A DNA stretch of 63,557 bases, the filler included. It is 7 parts of 7 records of this genome, joined end to end, with 100 filler letters (N's around TTAATTAATTAA, not from the genome) between each part and the next. Parts side by side here need not be neighbours in the genome. Positions count along the whole stretch, not along the records: positions 5,899 to 12,138 come from SRR31156797_3482; positions 12,239 to 19,255 come from SRR31156797_3484; positions 19,356 to 34,677 come from SRR31156797_3486; 4 more parts are not named here. One strand, given 5' to 3'. Made by a program: the position numbers and the translations under genes. The notes under the pieces are model-generated. The model did not search any database. It was not told where the DNA came from and saw only the letters and a program-made list of their open reading frames with translations. How positions within the stretch are numbered: the first letter of the stretch is position 1; each line of letters begins with the position of its first letter. Positions 9,682 through 19,621 of this stretch are shown here, one piece after another.

Positions 9682-10538
9682 TGAAAACTAAAATTTTAGC
9701 AATTGTAGTTGTATTAATTGCATTCATAGGGCTTACCTCAATGTTTCAGGTTAATGAGATGGAAAAGGTTGTTGTACTAAGAATGGGGAAACCAGTTGGA
9801 AAACCTATTGAAAAGTCGGGTTTAATGTTTAAAATGCCGATAATAGATGAAGTAGTTAAGTTTGATAAAAGAATTCTAGAATATGATTCAGAACCAAAAG
9901 ATATAATAACATTAGATAAGAAAAATGTGGTAATTGATAACTATGCTAAATGGAAAATTGATGATCCACTACTATTACTTCAAACAGTGAATAGTGTCAT
10001 TGGTGCTCAGAGTAGAATAGATGATATAGTTTACTCAGAATTAAGACAAGTAATTGGTCAATATACTTTTCTTGAAATAATCTCTGTAAAAAGAATAGAA
10101 ATTATGGAGAAGGTAACAGTGAGTAGTGCAGTAAAACTTAAAGATCTTGGAATAGAATTATTAGATGTAAGAATGAAAAGAGCAGAATTACCTGAGCAAA
10201 ATAAAACTAATATTTACCAAAGAATGGAAGCTGAAAGAAGTCAACAAGCTAAAAAATATAGAGCTGAAGGACAGGAAAAAGCTCTTGAGGTTAGATCAAA
10301 TGCTGAAAGAGAAAGAACTGGAATTTTAGCAGAAGCTTACAAAACTTCTAAAATACTAGAAGGAGAAGGAGATGCTGAAGCTCTAAAAATATATGCGGAA
10401 GCATATAATAAAGATAAGGAGTTTTATAAGTTTACAAGAACATTGGAAGCTTATGAAAAACTATTGAGTACTGAAGCAGAAAATAAAGTTATTTTATCAA
10501 CTGATTCTGAGCTTTGGAAAGTGTTATCTGGAGAATAA
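9681..10538 (+). CDS. hflC: FtsH modulator HflC
   Basis: SPFH domain, ITLDKKNVVIDNYAKWKI, RMEAER, EFYKFTRTLEAY; coupled to hflK. Confidence 0.95.
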   Translation: MKTKILAIVVVLIAFIGLTSMFQVNEMEKVVVLRMGKPVGKPIEKSGLMFKMPIIDEVVKFDKRILEYDSEPKDIITLDKKNVVIDNYAKWKIDDPLLLLQTVNSVIGAQSRIDDIVYSELRQVIGQYTFLEIISVKRIEIMEKVTVSSAVKLKDLGIELLDVRMKRAELPEQNKTNIYQRMEAERSQQAKKYRAEGQEKALEVRSNAERERTGILAEAYKTSKILEGEGDAEALKIYAEAYNKDKEFYKFTRTLEAYEKLLSTEAENKVILSTDSELWKVLSGE

Positions 10539-10556
10539 GAAATAAAATATATAGCG

Positions 10557-10590
10557 AAAGAGCAGTGACGTAAAATCACTGCTCTTTTTA
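10557..10590. terminator. Bidirectional intrinsic terminator between hflC and the MCP gene
   Basis: AAAGAGCAGTGA-cgtaaaa-TCACTGCTCTTT between convergent genes. Confidence 0.8.
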
Positions 10591-10598
10591 ATTTTTGG

Positions 10599-11963
10599 CT
10601 AATTTTTATTATTTTTGAAAAAATTCATAGCATCAGTTAATTCCTGAATATCTTTATTAAGAGAGCTCATATCTTTAAGTTTTCTAGTAAGAATATCAGA
10701 AATACTTTCTGTAAACTCTTTAGTATGAATCTCTAGACCTTCGATATCCTTAGAACTTTCAGTAATTTCTTTTAGAGAAGAAATTATGTTTTTTACTTCG
10801 TCGCCCTGCTCAGAGGTTGAAGTAAATATTCCATTGATATATTCTTGATTTTCATTAGTGAAGTTAACCATTGAAGTAATGTTATTATTTAGGGTAGAAG
10901 TTAGTGTAATTGTTGATTCTACATTGTGTTTTACATTTTCATTAGCATTTTTAACAGTTACAACATTATTTTGAATATTTTTAACTAATGTTTCAATTTT
11001 ATTAGTTTCGTTATTGGTTTGCTCAGCAAGCTTTCTGATCTCATCTGCTACAACAGAGAAACCTCTACCAGCTTCACCAGCTCTGGCGGCTTCTATGGCA
11101 GCGTTAAGAGCTAATAGGTTGGTTTGATCGGCAATACTGTTAATGGAGATAATTATGTTCCCTATATTTTGTGAAAGATCGGTAAGATTTTCGATTTGCA
11201 CATTAGCATGTTCTACGCTATCACTTACATTAGCCATTTCACTACTCATTTTTTCAATATTTTGAAAACTTAGTTCTGCTTGTTCAGATGCTTTTCTATA
11301 TGACTCCAGTGTAGAATTAACATTTTGAAGAACGTCTTCGTTACTTTCATCAATATCAGTAACGGCAGTTAATGCTGCTTGGGCATTATCAGTTTGGTTA
11401 TGGACTTGATTAATTACATTTCCAATGTAATCCTCCAATTGAATAATACCTTTATCAACTTTATATTCGAGTTCATTTATATAAGTACTTTTTTCGCCGT
11501 AAACAATATTGTCCATTGTTTTAGTTAAAATTAAGTTTTCCGATTCAATTTTAGTAATCGTTCTCGAGAGTAATTGAATAATTTTATTTAAAGAATTAAA
11601 GAAACTATTAAATATTAATCTTAGTGGTTGAATACTATCTTTTATGTTTTCATCCATTTGGAGATCTAATTCTCCTTCACTTGCAGTTTTAAAGTGTTGA
11701 GAGAAATGCTTAAGTGGTTTTGATATTTTAAGATTTAAAAGATAAAGAAAAATTCCTAAAATAATATTAACACCAATAACTAAAATTAAAATATTAGTTA
11801 TTTTTGATTTGATTATCTCTTGAACTTCAGTATCTAATTGGAAGTTATTTATTTCATTAATTGTATTATTTGAAATTATTAAGATAATAATAGTAGCAAA
11901 TAATAATATAATTAATGAAACATAAATTAAGTTAAGTTTTTGCTGATTCTGCTCACTTCGCAT
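10599..11963 (-). CDS. Methyl-accepting chemotaxis protein
   Basis: [38 protein letters not shown] hairpin tip, two TMs and HAMP; start at MRSEQ behind an AAGGGG RBS. Confidence 0.93.
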   Translation of the reverse strand: MRSEQNQQKLNLIYVSLIILLFATIIILIISNNTINEINNFQLDTEVQEIIKSKITNILILVIGVNIILGIFLYLLNLKISKPLKHFSQHFKTASEGELDLQMDENIKDSIQPLRLIFNSFFNSLNKIIQLLSRTITKIESENLILTKTMDNIVYGEKSTYINELEYKVDKGIIQLEDYIGNVINQVHNQTDNAQAALTAVTDIDESNEDVLQNVNSTLESYRKASEQAELSFQNIEKMSSEMANVSDSVEHANVQIENLTDLSQNIGNIIISINSIADQTNLLALNAAIEAARAGEAGRGFSVVADEIRKLAEQTNNETNKIETLVKNIQNNVVTVKNANENVKHNVESTITLTSTLNNNITSMVNFTNENQEYINGIFTSTSEQGDEVKNIISSLKEITESSKDIEGLEIHTKEFTESISDILTRKLKDMSSLNKDIQELTDAMNFFKNNKN

Positions 11964-12066
11964 AAAAACATCCCCTTTTAAAAAATTTGAACATAATACT
12001 TTATTGTTAAAAATATGGATTTTCCTGCAAAAGGAGTTAAAAATAATAAAAAAGTTTATTCTAAAA

Positions 12067-12094
12067 TAAAAAAACATCCTATAAATAGGATGTT
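12067..12094 (-). terminator. Intrinsic terminator downstream of the tRNA
   Basis: AACATCCTAT-aa-ATAGGATGTT hairpin with a U-tract on the minus strand. Confidence 0.7.
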
Positions 12095-12108
12095 GATGTC
12101 TTTAAAAA

Positions 12109-12138
12109 TGGTGGTTGGGGAAGGATTCGAACCTTCGA
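12109..12138 (-). tRNA. tRNA 3' fragment, probably tRNA-Tyr (anticodon not in window)
   Basis: Reverse complement TCGAAGGTTCGAATCCTTCCCCAACCACCA: T-arm, acceptor strand and encoded CCA, close to bacterial tRNA-Tyr 3' ends. Confidence 0.8.
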
Positions 12139-12238
12139 NNNNNNNNNNNNNNNNNNNNNNNNNNNNNNNNNNNNNNNNNNNNTTAATTAATTAANNNNNN
12201 NNNNNNNNNNNNNNNNNNNNNNNNNNNNNNNNNNNNNN
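12139..12238. other. Artificial contig spacer
   Basis: 44 N + TTAATTAATTAA + 44 N. Confidence 0.98.
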
Positions 12239-12246
12239 TGATCGAT

Positions 12247-12702
12247 ATGTTCAAAACAACTGTTACTCCCAGATTCGGTGATATTGACGGATTGAAGCAT
12301 GCCAACAATATTTCCATTGCCATATGGTTTGAGCAGGCACGCAATCCTATTTTCAGGATTTTCACACCTGACCTTGATCTTAGCTATGAAAACTGGAAAC
12401 TTATCATGGCAAGAACGGAATATGATTATGTCGGGGAAATGTTCTATGGGTTTGATGTGGAAATTATTACCTACGTATCAAGAATTGGTACCTCCTCATT
12501 CACAGTTACACAGGAAGCCTGGCAAAACAAAAAACAAGGTGCGATTGGAAAGTCTACAATGGTGCATTATGATTTTGCTGGAAAAAGATCTGTTCCTATT
12601 CCTGATGACATCAGAGAACGACTCGAAGAACACCTGCAGGAAGAAAATAATATTTCAGGTGAAAAAGAAGGAGAAAAAAATAATGGAGAAACAATTGGAT
12701 GA
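12247..12702 (+). CDS. Acyl-CoA thioesterase (4HBT/YbgC hot-dog family)
   Basis: PRFGDIDGLKHANN..WFEQAR, SRIGTSSF. Confidence 0.88.
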   Translation: MFKTTVTPRFGDIDGLKHANNISIAIWFEQARNPIFRIFTPDLDLSYENWKLIMARTEYDYVGEMFYGFDVEIITYVSRIGTSSFTVTQEAWQNKKQGAIGKSTMVHYDFAGKRSVPIPDDIRERLEEHLQEENNISGEKEGEKNNGETIG

Positions 12703-12733
12703 TGAGTGAATTCATCATCCTTTTTACTCGTTT

Positions 12734-14695
12734 CTACTCGTCTCTTTTAAACTTCCCGAAAGAGACAGCCAGCAGTCCTGCAACAGCCAAAAAACCTGTA
12801 AATCCTGGTATTCCTTTGCTGGTTGCATCTTCAGAAGTTTCTGTTTCAGGAACAGCCGTGTATGCTGCATATTCATCATATACAACTATGGAAGTTCCAA
12901 GGAAAGCAGAGTCTTCCATATAGTATTCCTGAAGCTCCTGAACAAGAGTTTGCACATCTGGATTCGTCATAAAGTCTTCACCTACTGCTATGCCAATAAG
13001 TGCTTTTCCTTGTGAAGCTCTTATTTCACCCATTCTGGAGGCTACTGAATCAATCACATCGGCCTTTGTTGCAGGGTTGTCTTCATCAAGGGCATATGTC
13101 TGGAGAATAATAACATCAACAGTTTCCGATGCATCTGATATATCTGATGAAGCGTATGATGAAGGAATATCTATTGCCACGGCCAGATCGTCTCCTGTCA
13201 TCTCTCTGATATCCTCAAGCAGGAGCAGGTTCAGTGCACAGGCTTCTCCAAGATCCTCACTGCATGGATTAAGTGCAATATCAACGCCATCAAAGGCCGA
13301 AAGTGATTTGCTATTATAGTCAATAACCTTTTCAAGAACATCTGCTACTGCTGCTGTCTCATCCTCAGCTTCCACAGGTTCAGGATCATTGAGTATCATG
13401 GCATATGCCTGCATATCATTATCATGAGCCGTCTTTACGAGCTTTTCAAGGTTCCATATGTCCTCTCCGTCCGTAAGCAGCATGAGAGTGTTTACACCAC
13501 TTTCCTTAAGGTCAGCAATAGCGTCTTCATCGTAGTTTTCCGTATCGAAGATACGAATTGCAGTCATAAGGCCACTTGCAGGAGTGACGTTAATTTTGAT
13601 AGGTTCCGGTGCTGTTACTGTCTCTTCGGCCACCGAGCCTTCAAAAGTAACAGTAGGTTCAGCGTCCACATATTTGCGCACATATGCGTAGTCAACAGAT
13701 AAATAACCTGTATTATCTGAAACATCAGAGTAAGTACCTGCATATATGTAGACATTGAGATCTTCAACGGAAATTAAGTTCTCTTCCTCTGTTGCCTCAA
13801 TATCCATCTTGCTGTCCCTGACACCATCCTTAAACCATGCAATATTTCCAAATTCTTCACCCATGTACCAGGCTACTCCAGTGGTATACCAGTCTCCTTC
13901 GATCTCATCTATGTCAGTCAGGTCTCTGGTGGTATCACGTAAGTCAGTCCTGGAATTTTTTAGTATCCATGTAACCTTGGTTTCATTCTCAAGCTCACTG
14001 CTGACAAGTATCCTGTTTTTTGTTTCCTTTTGAGGATCGACAAATCCCTGCATTATTACAGGACCTCTGCTATCGGTACCTGTTGTTGTTTTCTTTCTTT
14101 TGACAACAAACATGGAGTTTACCGGAAAATCCTCCTTGGATTTGATAGTTGCTACATCTTCCGGATGGAACTTAGGAACTATAAGTTTGCAGATTCCTGA
14201 AGATACATCTAATTCGGCTCCGCCATTTGTTGATGTCTCCCATTTACTAAACAAACCGCTTGAAAAATCATCAAATAATTCAAATGTTGCCGGTCCACTG
14301 CTTAGCTCTGTTGCACTGGGGTTTCCATAGTACATTATTATTTTGATATTGCTATTGGCAGGAATTGACGGGACCTCAACCCAGATAACTGCTGTTTCCT
14401 TGACAGTGTTCCATTCCTCGATCCAATATTGAAGCTGCTTTTCACCGGAAGTAAAACGCAGATCCTCACCTTCTGATTGGGCAAGTGAAAAATCAAAATT
14501 AGAACTATCAAGAACCACTGGTATCTGATAATCCACAAGGCTGTTTCCGGAATTTTCCTTTATGAATACCTCAGTTGAGTAGTTCCATTCTCCTCCACCT
14601 GAATATGTTAAAGCTAAACAGGGTTGTACAAATACAGTGCATGCAAACAATATTAATGTGATAACAATAATTCTTTTCAGTAGCAATCCGTACAC
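12734..14695 (-). CDS. Secreted DUF2341-domain protein with PGF-CTERM archaeosortase signal
   Basis: Signal peptide; DUF2341 (GEDLRFT..QLQYWIEEWN..AVIWVEVPSIPA..MYYGNP); C-terminal IPGF + TM + basic tail; acidic composition. Confidence 0.85.
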   Translation of the reverse strand: MYGLLLKRIIVITLILFACTVFVQPCLALTYSGGGEWNYSTEVFIKENSGNSLVDYQIPVVLDSSNFDFSLAQSEGEDLRFTSGEKQLQYWIEEWNTVKETAVIWVEVPSIPANSNIKIIMYYGNPSATELSSGPATFELFDDFSSGLFSKWETSTNGGAELDVSSGICKLIVPKFHPEDVATIKSKEDFPVNSMFVVKRKKTTTGTDSRGPVIMQGFVDPQKETKNRILVSSELENETKVTWILKNSRTDLRDTTRDLTDIDEIEGDWYTTGVAWYMGEEFGNIAWFKDGVRDSKMDIEATEEENLISVEDLNVYIYAGTYSDVSDNTGYLSVDYAYVRKYVDAEPTVTFEGSVAEETVTAPEPIKINVTPASGLMTAIRIFDTENYDEDAIADLKESGVNTLMLLTDGEDIWNLEKLVKTAHDNDMQAYAMILNDPEPVEAEDETAAVADVLEKVIDYNSKSLSAFDGVDIALNPCSEDLGEACALNLLLLEDIREMTGDDLAVAIDIPSSYASSDISDASETVDVIILQTYALDEDNPATKADVIDSVASRMGEIRASQGKALIGIAVGEDFMTNPDVQTLVQELQEYYMEDSAFLGTSIVVYDEYAAYTAVPETETSEDATSKGIPGFTGFLAVAGLLAVSFGKFKRDE

Positions 14696-14850
14696 CTTCC
14701 TAATGCAGCTATAATGTTTACTATATATTTTGGTGTTTCGTATTTAAATGTAAGTGCCTTCTATAAATATTATGAACTGTGTTTTATGTAGAAAATAAAA
14801 ATGAAAATACTGTTGAAAACGGATTTTTAAGTTTGATCAAAAATTGTAGG

Positions 14851-15732
14851 CTATAAATGCTTGTTAATAAAATGCCGTATCAGCTGTCCTGAAATGCTCT
14901 CCGTTCCCGGAACATTAGGTATTTCATCTTTCCTGAACCATCTTGCATCTTCTATCTCAAAGCCATCGATCCTTATTTCCCCTTCTAAGAATTCAGCAGT
15001 AAATCCTATCATTAAAGAATCCGGATAAGGCCAGGGCTGACTGCCAAAATACCTGATATTTTTAATCGATAAGCCCACCTCTTCCATTACCTCACGCACA
15101 ACTGCCTGCTCAATTGACTCGCCCGGTTCTACAAATCCGGCAATGACACTATACCTGCCAGGAGGAAAATGAGGCGAACGTGCCATTAATATCTTATCTC
15201 CTTTTTCTATTAGCACTATAATAGCCGGACTAATTTTTGGAAATGCAGTGAATCCACATTCAGGACATTGTTTTGCTCGCTCTGCATCTTTAAGTCCCGT
15301 GCGCGCGCCACACCTTCCGCAAAACAATGTGTTTTTATCCCATTCCATTATATGGACAGCTTTTGCCGCAAGAGATGGTAACGGTTCTTCCAGAATGTTG
15401 TCCAGTTTTCTCATCCCGACAAAACTAATGCTTACAGCACTGTCATCTATATCTTTTCCTGGGCCATCAAGTTCCATGGAATAACAGGAGATGTTACACA
15501 GCTCTCCAAGATATTGTTGCCTCAGGATACCAATATCCATCTCATGTACTTCTTTCAGGGAAGGTAGCCTTGAGTTGGCTTCGTCTTTAAACAACATTAA
15601 ATTGCGGTCTTTAAATGCAAAACAATATGTTTTGTTGTTTCCCTCCTTTTCAGGAGGATTTACCAGCGGAAAGAAATCCTTTCCCCAGTCATTTTCTTCT
15701 ATATTCATGGCTGATGAATAATGTCCGGGCAT
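14851..15732 (-). CDS. nudC: NAD(H) pyrophosphatase NudC
   Basis: CGRCG..CPECG zinc ribbon, Nudix box GESIEQAVVREVMEEVG, SQPWPYP; start may be the TTG at 15741. Confidence 0.93.
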   Translation of the reverse strand: MPGHYSSAMNIEENDWGKDFFPLVNPPEKEGNNKTYCFAFKDRNLMLFKDEANSRLPSLKEVHEMDIGILRQQYLGELCNISCYSMELDGPGKDIDDSAVSISFVGMRKLDNILEEPLPSLAAKAVHIMEWDKNTLFCGRCGARTGLKDAERAKQCPECGFTAFPKISPAIIVLIEKGDKILMARSPHFPPGRYSVIAGFVEPGESIEQAVVREVMEEVGLSIKNIRYFGSQPWPYPDSLMIGFTAEFLEGEIRIDGFEIEDARWFRKDEIPNVPGTESISGQLIRHFINKHL

Positions 15733-15810
15733 ATTTATCAAAGTTACCTCCGGACTCAAAGAGTTAAATAACCTGTAAACAAAATAATGTATGGATCTAA
15801 GGGGTTTTTT

Positions 15811-16476
15811 ATGAATTATCTGATATTGGTAAGGCACGGACAATCAAGGTGGAACCTTGAGAACAGGTTTGCAGGTTGGGTTGATATCCCTCTCAGTGAA
15901 AAAGGTATACGTGAGGCTGTAGACTGTGCGGAGGAACTTGAAAATGTACAGCTGGATGTTGCATTCACATCAAAATTATCCAGAGCACAGGAAACTCTTT
16001 TTCTAATACTTGCAAAACAGAAAAAGACAGGTATCTTTCTTCACAAGGGCGAGGAACAAGAGAAATGGTCATATCATCCTTCAGCATTCGATGATTCCGA
16101 AATACCCATTTATTCTAGTGCTGCATTAAACGAGCGTTACTATGGCAACCTGCAGGGACAGAACAAAGAAAAGGCAAAAGAAGTTTATGGGGAAAATCAG
16201 GTATTCCTCTGGAGAAGAAGCTATGATGTACGACCGCCTGGAGGTGAGAGTCTCCGGGATACCTATGAGCGAACTATTCCCTGTTTTAAAGAGAAAATCA
16301 TCCCGCAGCTTGAAAATGGAAAGAATGCCATAATTGTAGCCCACGGTAACAGCCTCCGCTCAATTGTTAAGTATATAGAAAAAATCAGTGATGAGGACAT
16401 TCCAAAACTTGAACTTGCAACGGGCAAGGCACTCTACTACAGGTTTGAAAAAGGCCTTTTTATCAAGGATGAATAA
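15811..16476 (+). CDS. gpmA: 2,3-bisphosphoglycerate-dependent phosphoglycerate mutase
   Basis: LVRHGQSRWNLENRFAGWVD, LNERYYGNLQG, WRRSYDVRPPGGESL, AHGNSLR. Confidence 0.93.
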   Translation: MNYLILVRHGQSRWNLENRFAGWVDIPLSEKGIREAVDCAEELENVQLDVAFTSKLSRAQETLFLILAKQKKTGIFLHKGEEQEKWSYHPSAFDDSEIPIYSSAALNERYYGNLQGQNKEKAKEVYGENQVFLWRRSYDVRPPGGESLRDTYERTIPCFKEKIIPQLENGKNAIIVAHGNSLRSIVKYIEKISDEDIPKLELATGKALYYRFEKGLFIKDE

Positions 16477-16497
16477 ATGTAGTGAAAGACGAAACTT

Positions 16498-16890
16498 TCA
16501 CTCATATGGGGATACTTCATCTGGCATTGCAGATGTATGCAAGACACACTCGTCGCCATGCTTTATCAATTCCTCTATGGATTTGCGAAGGATGGAAGGA
16601 TAAACAAGTCCAACCTCTTCTTTGATCGCCCGACCCTTACAGAAGAATTTAAATGTCGGAGTTCCCCTGATGCCATATTTTCTTGCGGTCATGGGACTTT
16701 CCAGTCCGTTCATCCGAACAAAGGTACATGAGTTATGGAACTCACCTGAATAATCCCTGAAATATGGTTCTATTTCCTTACAATGGGTACACGTGGGAAG
16801 ATAGAACATAACTACCATTGGTTTTTCCTGGTTCTCAATGAGTTCTTCCCAATTAGAATCATTTGCTTCTAGTACATTGTTTTCGGACAT
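16498..16890 (-). CDS. Thioredoxin-family protein
   Basis: FYLPTCTHC CxxC motif, YGIRGTPTF cis-Pro loop. Confidence 0.85.
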   Translation of the reverse strand: MSENNVLEANDSNWEELIENQEKPMVVMFYLPTCTHCKEIEPYFRDYSGEFHNSCTFVRMNGLESPMTARKYGIRGTPTFKFFCKGRAIKEEVGLVYPSILRKSIEELIKHGDECVLHTSAMPDEVSPYE

Positions 16891-17099
16891 TTTTACCGCT
16901 CCCATAATAAAAGGGAACTTACAGCTATTAAAAACTTATCTTCAAAAAAGTAAATGTAACACTGATAATGCAGAAAATAAAAGAAAAGACTGATAGATTA
17001 TTATACCAGCAAAATATACTAATATAATAATTTTTTATTTATCATTATCAATATATAGTTTAATCATCTACAATATCAAAAAAAGCATAACCGATTAAC

Positions 17100-18530
17100 A
17101 TGGAATGGGCACTGGAATTTTTTGATAAAATGGAACATGAGTACAGAAGACAGCTACTTCATGCTGCCTTTGGCCTTTTGATATTGTTTTTTCCATTTAT
17201 TGGTCCCAAAATACTTCTTATTCTGAGTTTTTTAATACTGGTCGGACTATCTTTTCTTCCTGAAGACTCACGTATTTGTAAATATCTATACAAAAAACAA
17301 CTTCCGGGTTCCAGGGAAATGCTTACTGACAGGATTAATGAAGGACTTCGGAGTGCTAAACACCTTGCAGCCGCCATCTGCACCCTGATGCTGATAAGTT
17401 CATTGCTGGAATTTACCCCGTACAGTTTCCCGATATATGTTATTGCGGCCTCTATTGCAATTTCAACTTTTGGGACCAGTTCTGCAAACTTCATAAGGCA
17501 CAGGAAGAAATTAGAAACTCTGCGTTCCCGTCCCTGGAGACTTGACCGGCAGGAAAGCCACCTTCTACCCTCCAGCATAGTACTTCTTGGTGTTGGTATT
17601 ATAACTGCACATATTGCAGGAATCTGGCTCCAGTACTGGCAGGAGCTTGACGTCAGTTACAATATGATCTTTTTCCTGGCTGTTATCGGTTCAATAACCG
17701 GGGCACTTTTTGAATCAATTCCATCAGATATAGATAATAACCTTTCAGTCCCGCTGGGGTCGGGAATGACAATGTGGTTATTCAGCTCCTTTGGATATTC
17801 TGTCCCTGCCGGGGAAATGTTTTTTGCATTGATATTTTCGCTTGTTCTGGGCTATCTGGCGTACCGGACAAAAATTGCTGATCTGTCAGCTCTTTTCAGT
17901 GCATCACTTCTGGGTGTGCTGATCATAGTTTTCAGTGAATTGTTCTGGTTCATCCTCCTGCTTACTTTCTTTATCCTTGGAGGAGCATTCACAAAATACA
18001 AATATGGCTTTAAGAAATCAATTGGTCTTGCCCAATCCAAAGGTGGGGTACGCAGCTATGAGAATGTGTTCAGTAATAGCACAGCAGCTCTGGTTCTTGC
18101 AATTCTCTATGGCATCTACCCCCAGCATGCTGAGCTTATAATTTTTGCATATCTTGGCACAGTAGCCACTGCAACCGGTGATACACTGGCAAGTGAAATA
18201 GGGACAACGGCACAATCCCAGCCCATAATGATTACGACCCTTAAACCTACCAGAGCAGGAGTGGATGGGGCAGTAACAGTTTTAGGAGAAGTGGCAGCTC
18301 TTCTTGGTTCAATGATTATAGGCCTTTTACCTGTTCTTTTCGGAAAGGTGGACAATGCATTCCTTGTTATTGCGATAACAACAGTAGGAGGGTTTATGGG
18401 AACTAATATTGACAGTCTGCTTGGAGCAACGCTACAGAAACAGGGATTTCTTACCAATAGTGGGGTCAACTTCGTAGCAACTTTTGTAGGAGCCGCTGTA
18501 TCAGCCTTGATATATCTTCTATTTGTATAA
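17100..18530 (+). CDS. TIGR00297-type membrane protein: prenol/dolichol-kinase-like N-half fused to DUF92 (TMEM19/VTE6-like)
   Basis: RRQLLH and DNNLSVPL in the N-half; RSYENVFSN, ATGDTLASEIG, DSLLGATLQ in the C-half; many TM helices. Confidence 0.85.
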   Translation: MEWALEFFDKMEHEYRRQLLHAAFGLLILFFPFIGPKILLILSFLILVGLSFLPEDSRICKYLYKKQLPGSREMLTDRINEGLRSAKHLAAAICTLMLISSLLEFTPYSFPIYVIAASIAISTFGTSSANFIRHRKKLETLRSRPWRLDRQESHLLPSSIVLLGVGIITAHIAGIWLQYWQELDVSYNMIFFLAVIGSITGALFESIPSDIDNNLSVPLGSGMTMWLFSSFGYSVPAGEMFFALIFSLVLGYLAYRTKIADLSALFSASLLGVLIIVFSELFWFILLLTFFILGGAFTKYKYGFKKSIGLAQSKGGVRSYENVFSNSTAALVLAILYGIYPQHAELIIFAYLGTVATATGDTLASEIGTTAQSQPIMITTLKPTRAGVDGAVTVLGEVAALLGSMIIGLLPVLFGKVDNAFLVIAITTVGGFMGTNIDSLLGATLQKQGFLTNSGVNFVATFVGAAVSALIYLLFV

Positions 18531-18639
18531 GATACAATGACTAAAATGAGTTCAAAAAACTTAAATATAATATTATGCAACATAATAATGCCTCTAACAT
18601 CATCCTACATTTAAAACCCTAGCAGGCAGAATGTTGTGA

Positions 18640-19255
18640 ATGAACATGCCTTGTTACAAAAAAGCTACAAAAATAAATGGAAAGACAAATTATTTTTCTG
18701 AAAAACAATCATTCTCCTGTAAGCAGGAATTCACTAACTTTTTAAAGGAATTACCAATCGGAGTTCTACTGACTGATACGAATCAAAAAATAGTATATTG
18801 TAATCCTGCATTTTCCAGTATCCTTGGATTTGAAAATGAGGATATATTTAACTACGATATATCAGGGATTTTTTCCTGCTCGCCACAGCATATGAACAGT
18901 ACTAAAAAAATCATGGGACATTCCACTTGCTCTTTTAGTGATGTTTTCGTATGTAACTGGAACACTAAAATGGGTATTGAAAAGCAACTCAGATGCAAAA
19001 AAATTGATCTATTTTTTGCAGAGGAATCTTTCAGTGGAACTGCATGGTTCCTTGAAGACCTTAGTTTTTCTTTTGACATAAAAGAAACCTTCTCTCAAAC
19101 GAAAGATGATGAAGAATCGAAAACTATTGTCCGGAAAAAACTGGAACTTGAACGTGCCATATCATTCATTTCTTCAAGTCTTGTTGCACCTGAGAACCTG
19201 GATAATACTCTTACAAATTCCCTGAAGATAGCAGGAGAAATCTGTGGTGCAAGCC
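18640..19255 (+). CDS. PAS-domain sensor protein (3' truncated)
   Basis: LPIGVLLTD..IVYCNPAFSSILGF PAS start, then the opening helix of a probable GAF domain. Confidence 0.7.
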
Positions 19256-19355
19256 NNNNNNNNNNNNNNNNNNNNNNNNNNNNNNNNNNNNNNNNNNNNT
19301 TAATTAATTAANNNNNNNNNNNNNNNNNNNNNNNNNNNNNNNNNNNNNNNNNNNN
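19256..19355. other. Artificial contig spacer
   Basis: 44 N + TTAATTAATTAA + 44 N. Confidence 0.98.
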
Positions 19356-19356
19356 C

Positions 19357-19611
19357 ACACCTGAAATCTGCAACTGGGTTTTTTCGGGTGAGGTGGTCTA
19401 CATGGTTCTTTTAGGGGGCTTCATGATTTTTGAAGGCCCCATCGTGGGGGCGGTTGCCTTTACGTATCTAAGGCTCTACGCGGTTGCCATGACGCAATAC
19501 TGGATGCTGATTATCGGAGCCACTTTGATTTTTCTCGTGCTGGCCCTGCCCGGCGGTATTACCGGGGGAATCCAGAGCCTGTTCAACCGCTTGAAACCAA
19601 AAGGGGCTTAG
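19357..19611 (+). CDS. HAAT/Liv-family ABC permease LivM-like (5' truncated)
   Basis: SGEVVYMVLLGG..EGPIVGA..LPGGITG. Confidence 0.85.
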   Translation, partial: TPEICNWVFSGEVVYMVLLGGFMIFEGPIVGAVAFTYLRLYAVAMTQYWMLIIGATLIFLVLALPGGITGGIQSLFNRLKPKGA

Positions 19612-19621
19612 GGAGACATTT

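Noticed and set aside
6248-10538. radA-disA-hflKC as a novel c-di-AMP or defence module
   Set aside because: radA-disA linkage and hflKC are well-known housekeeping arrangements
12109-12138. tRNA 3' fragments at contig ends (also 55930-55958) as prophage or island att sites
   Set aside because: Both are cut by the contig edge and followed by normal terminators; no integrase nearby, so assembly breaks at multicopy tRNAs explain them
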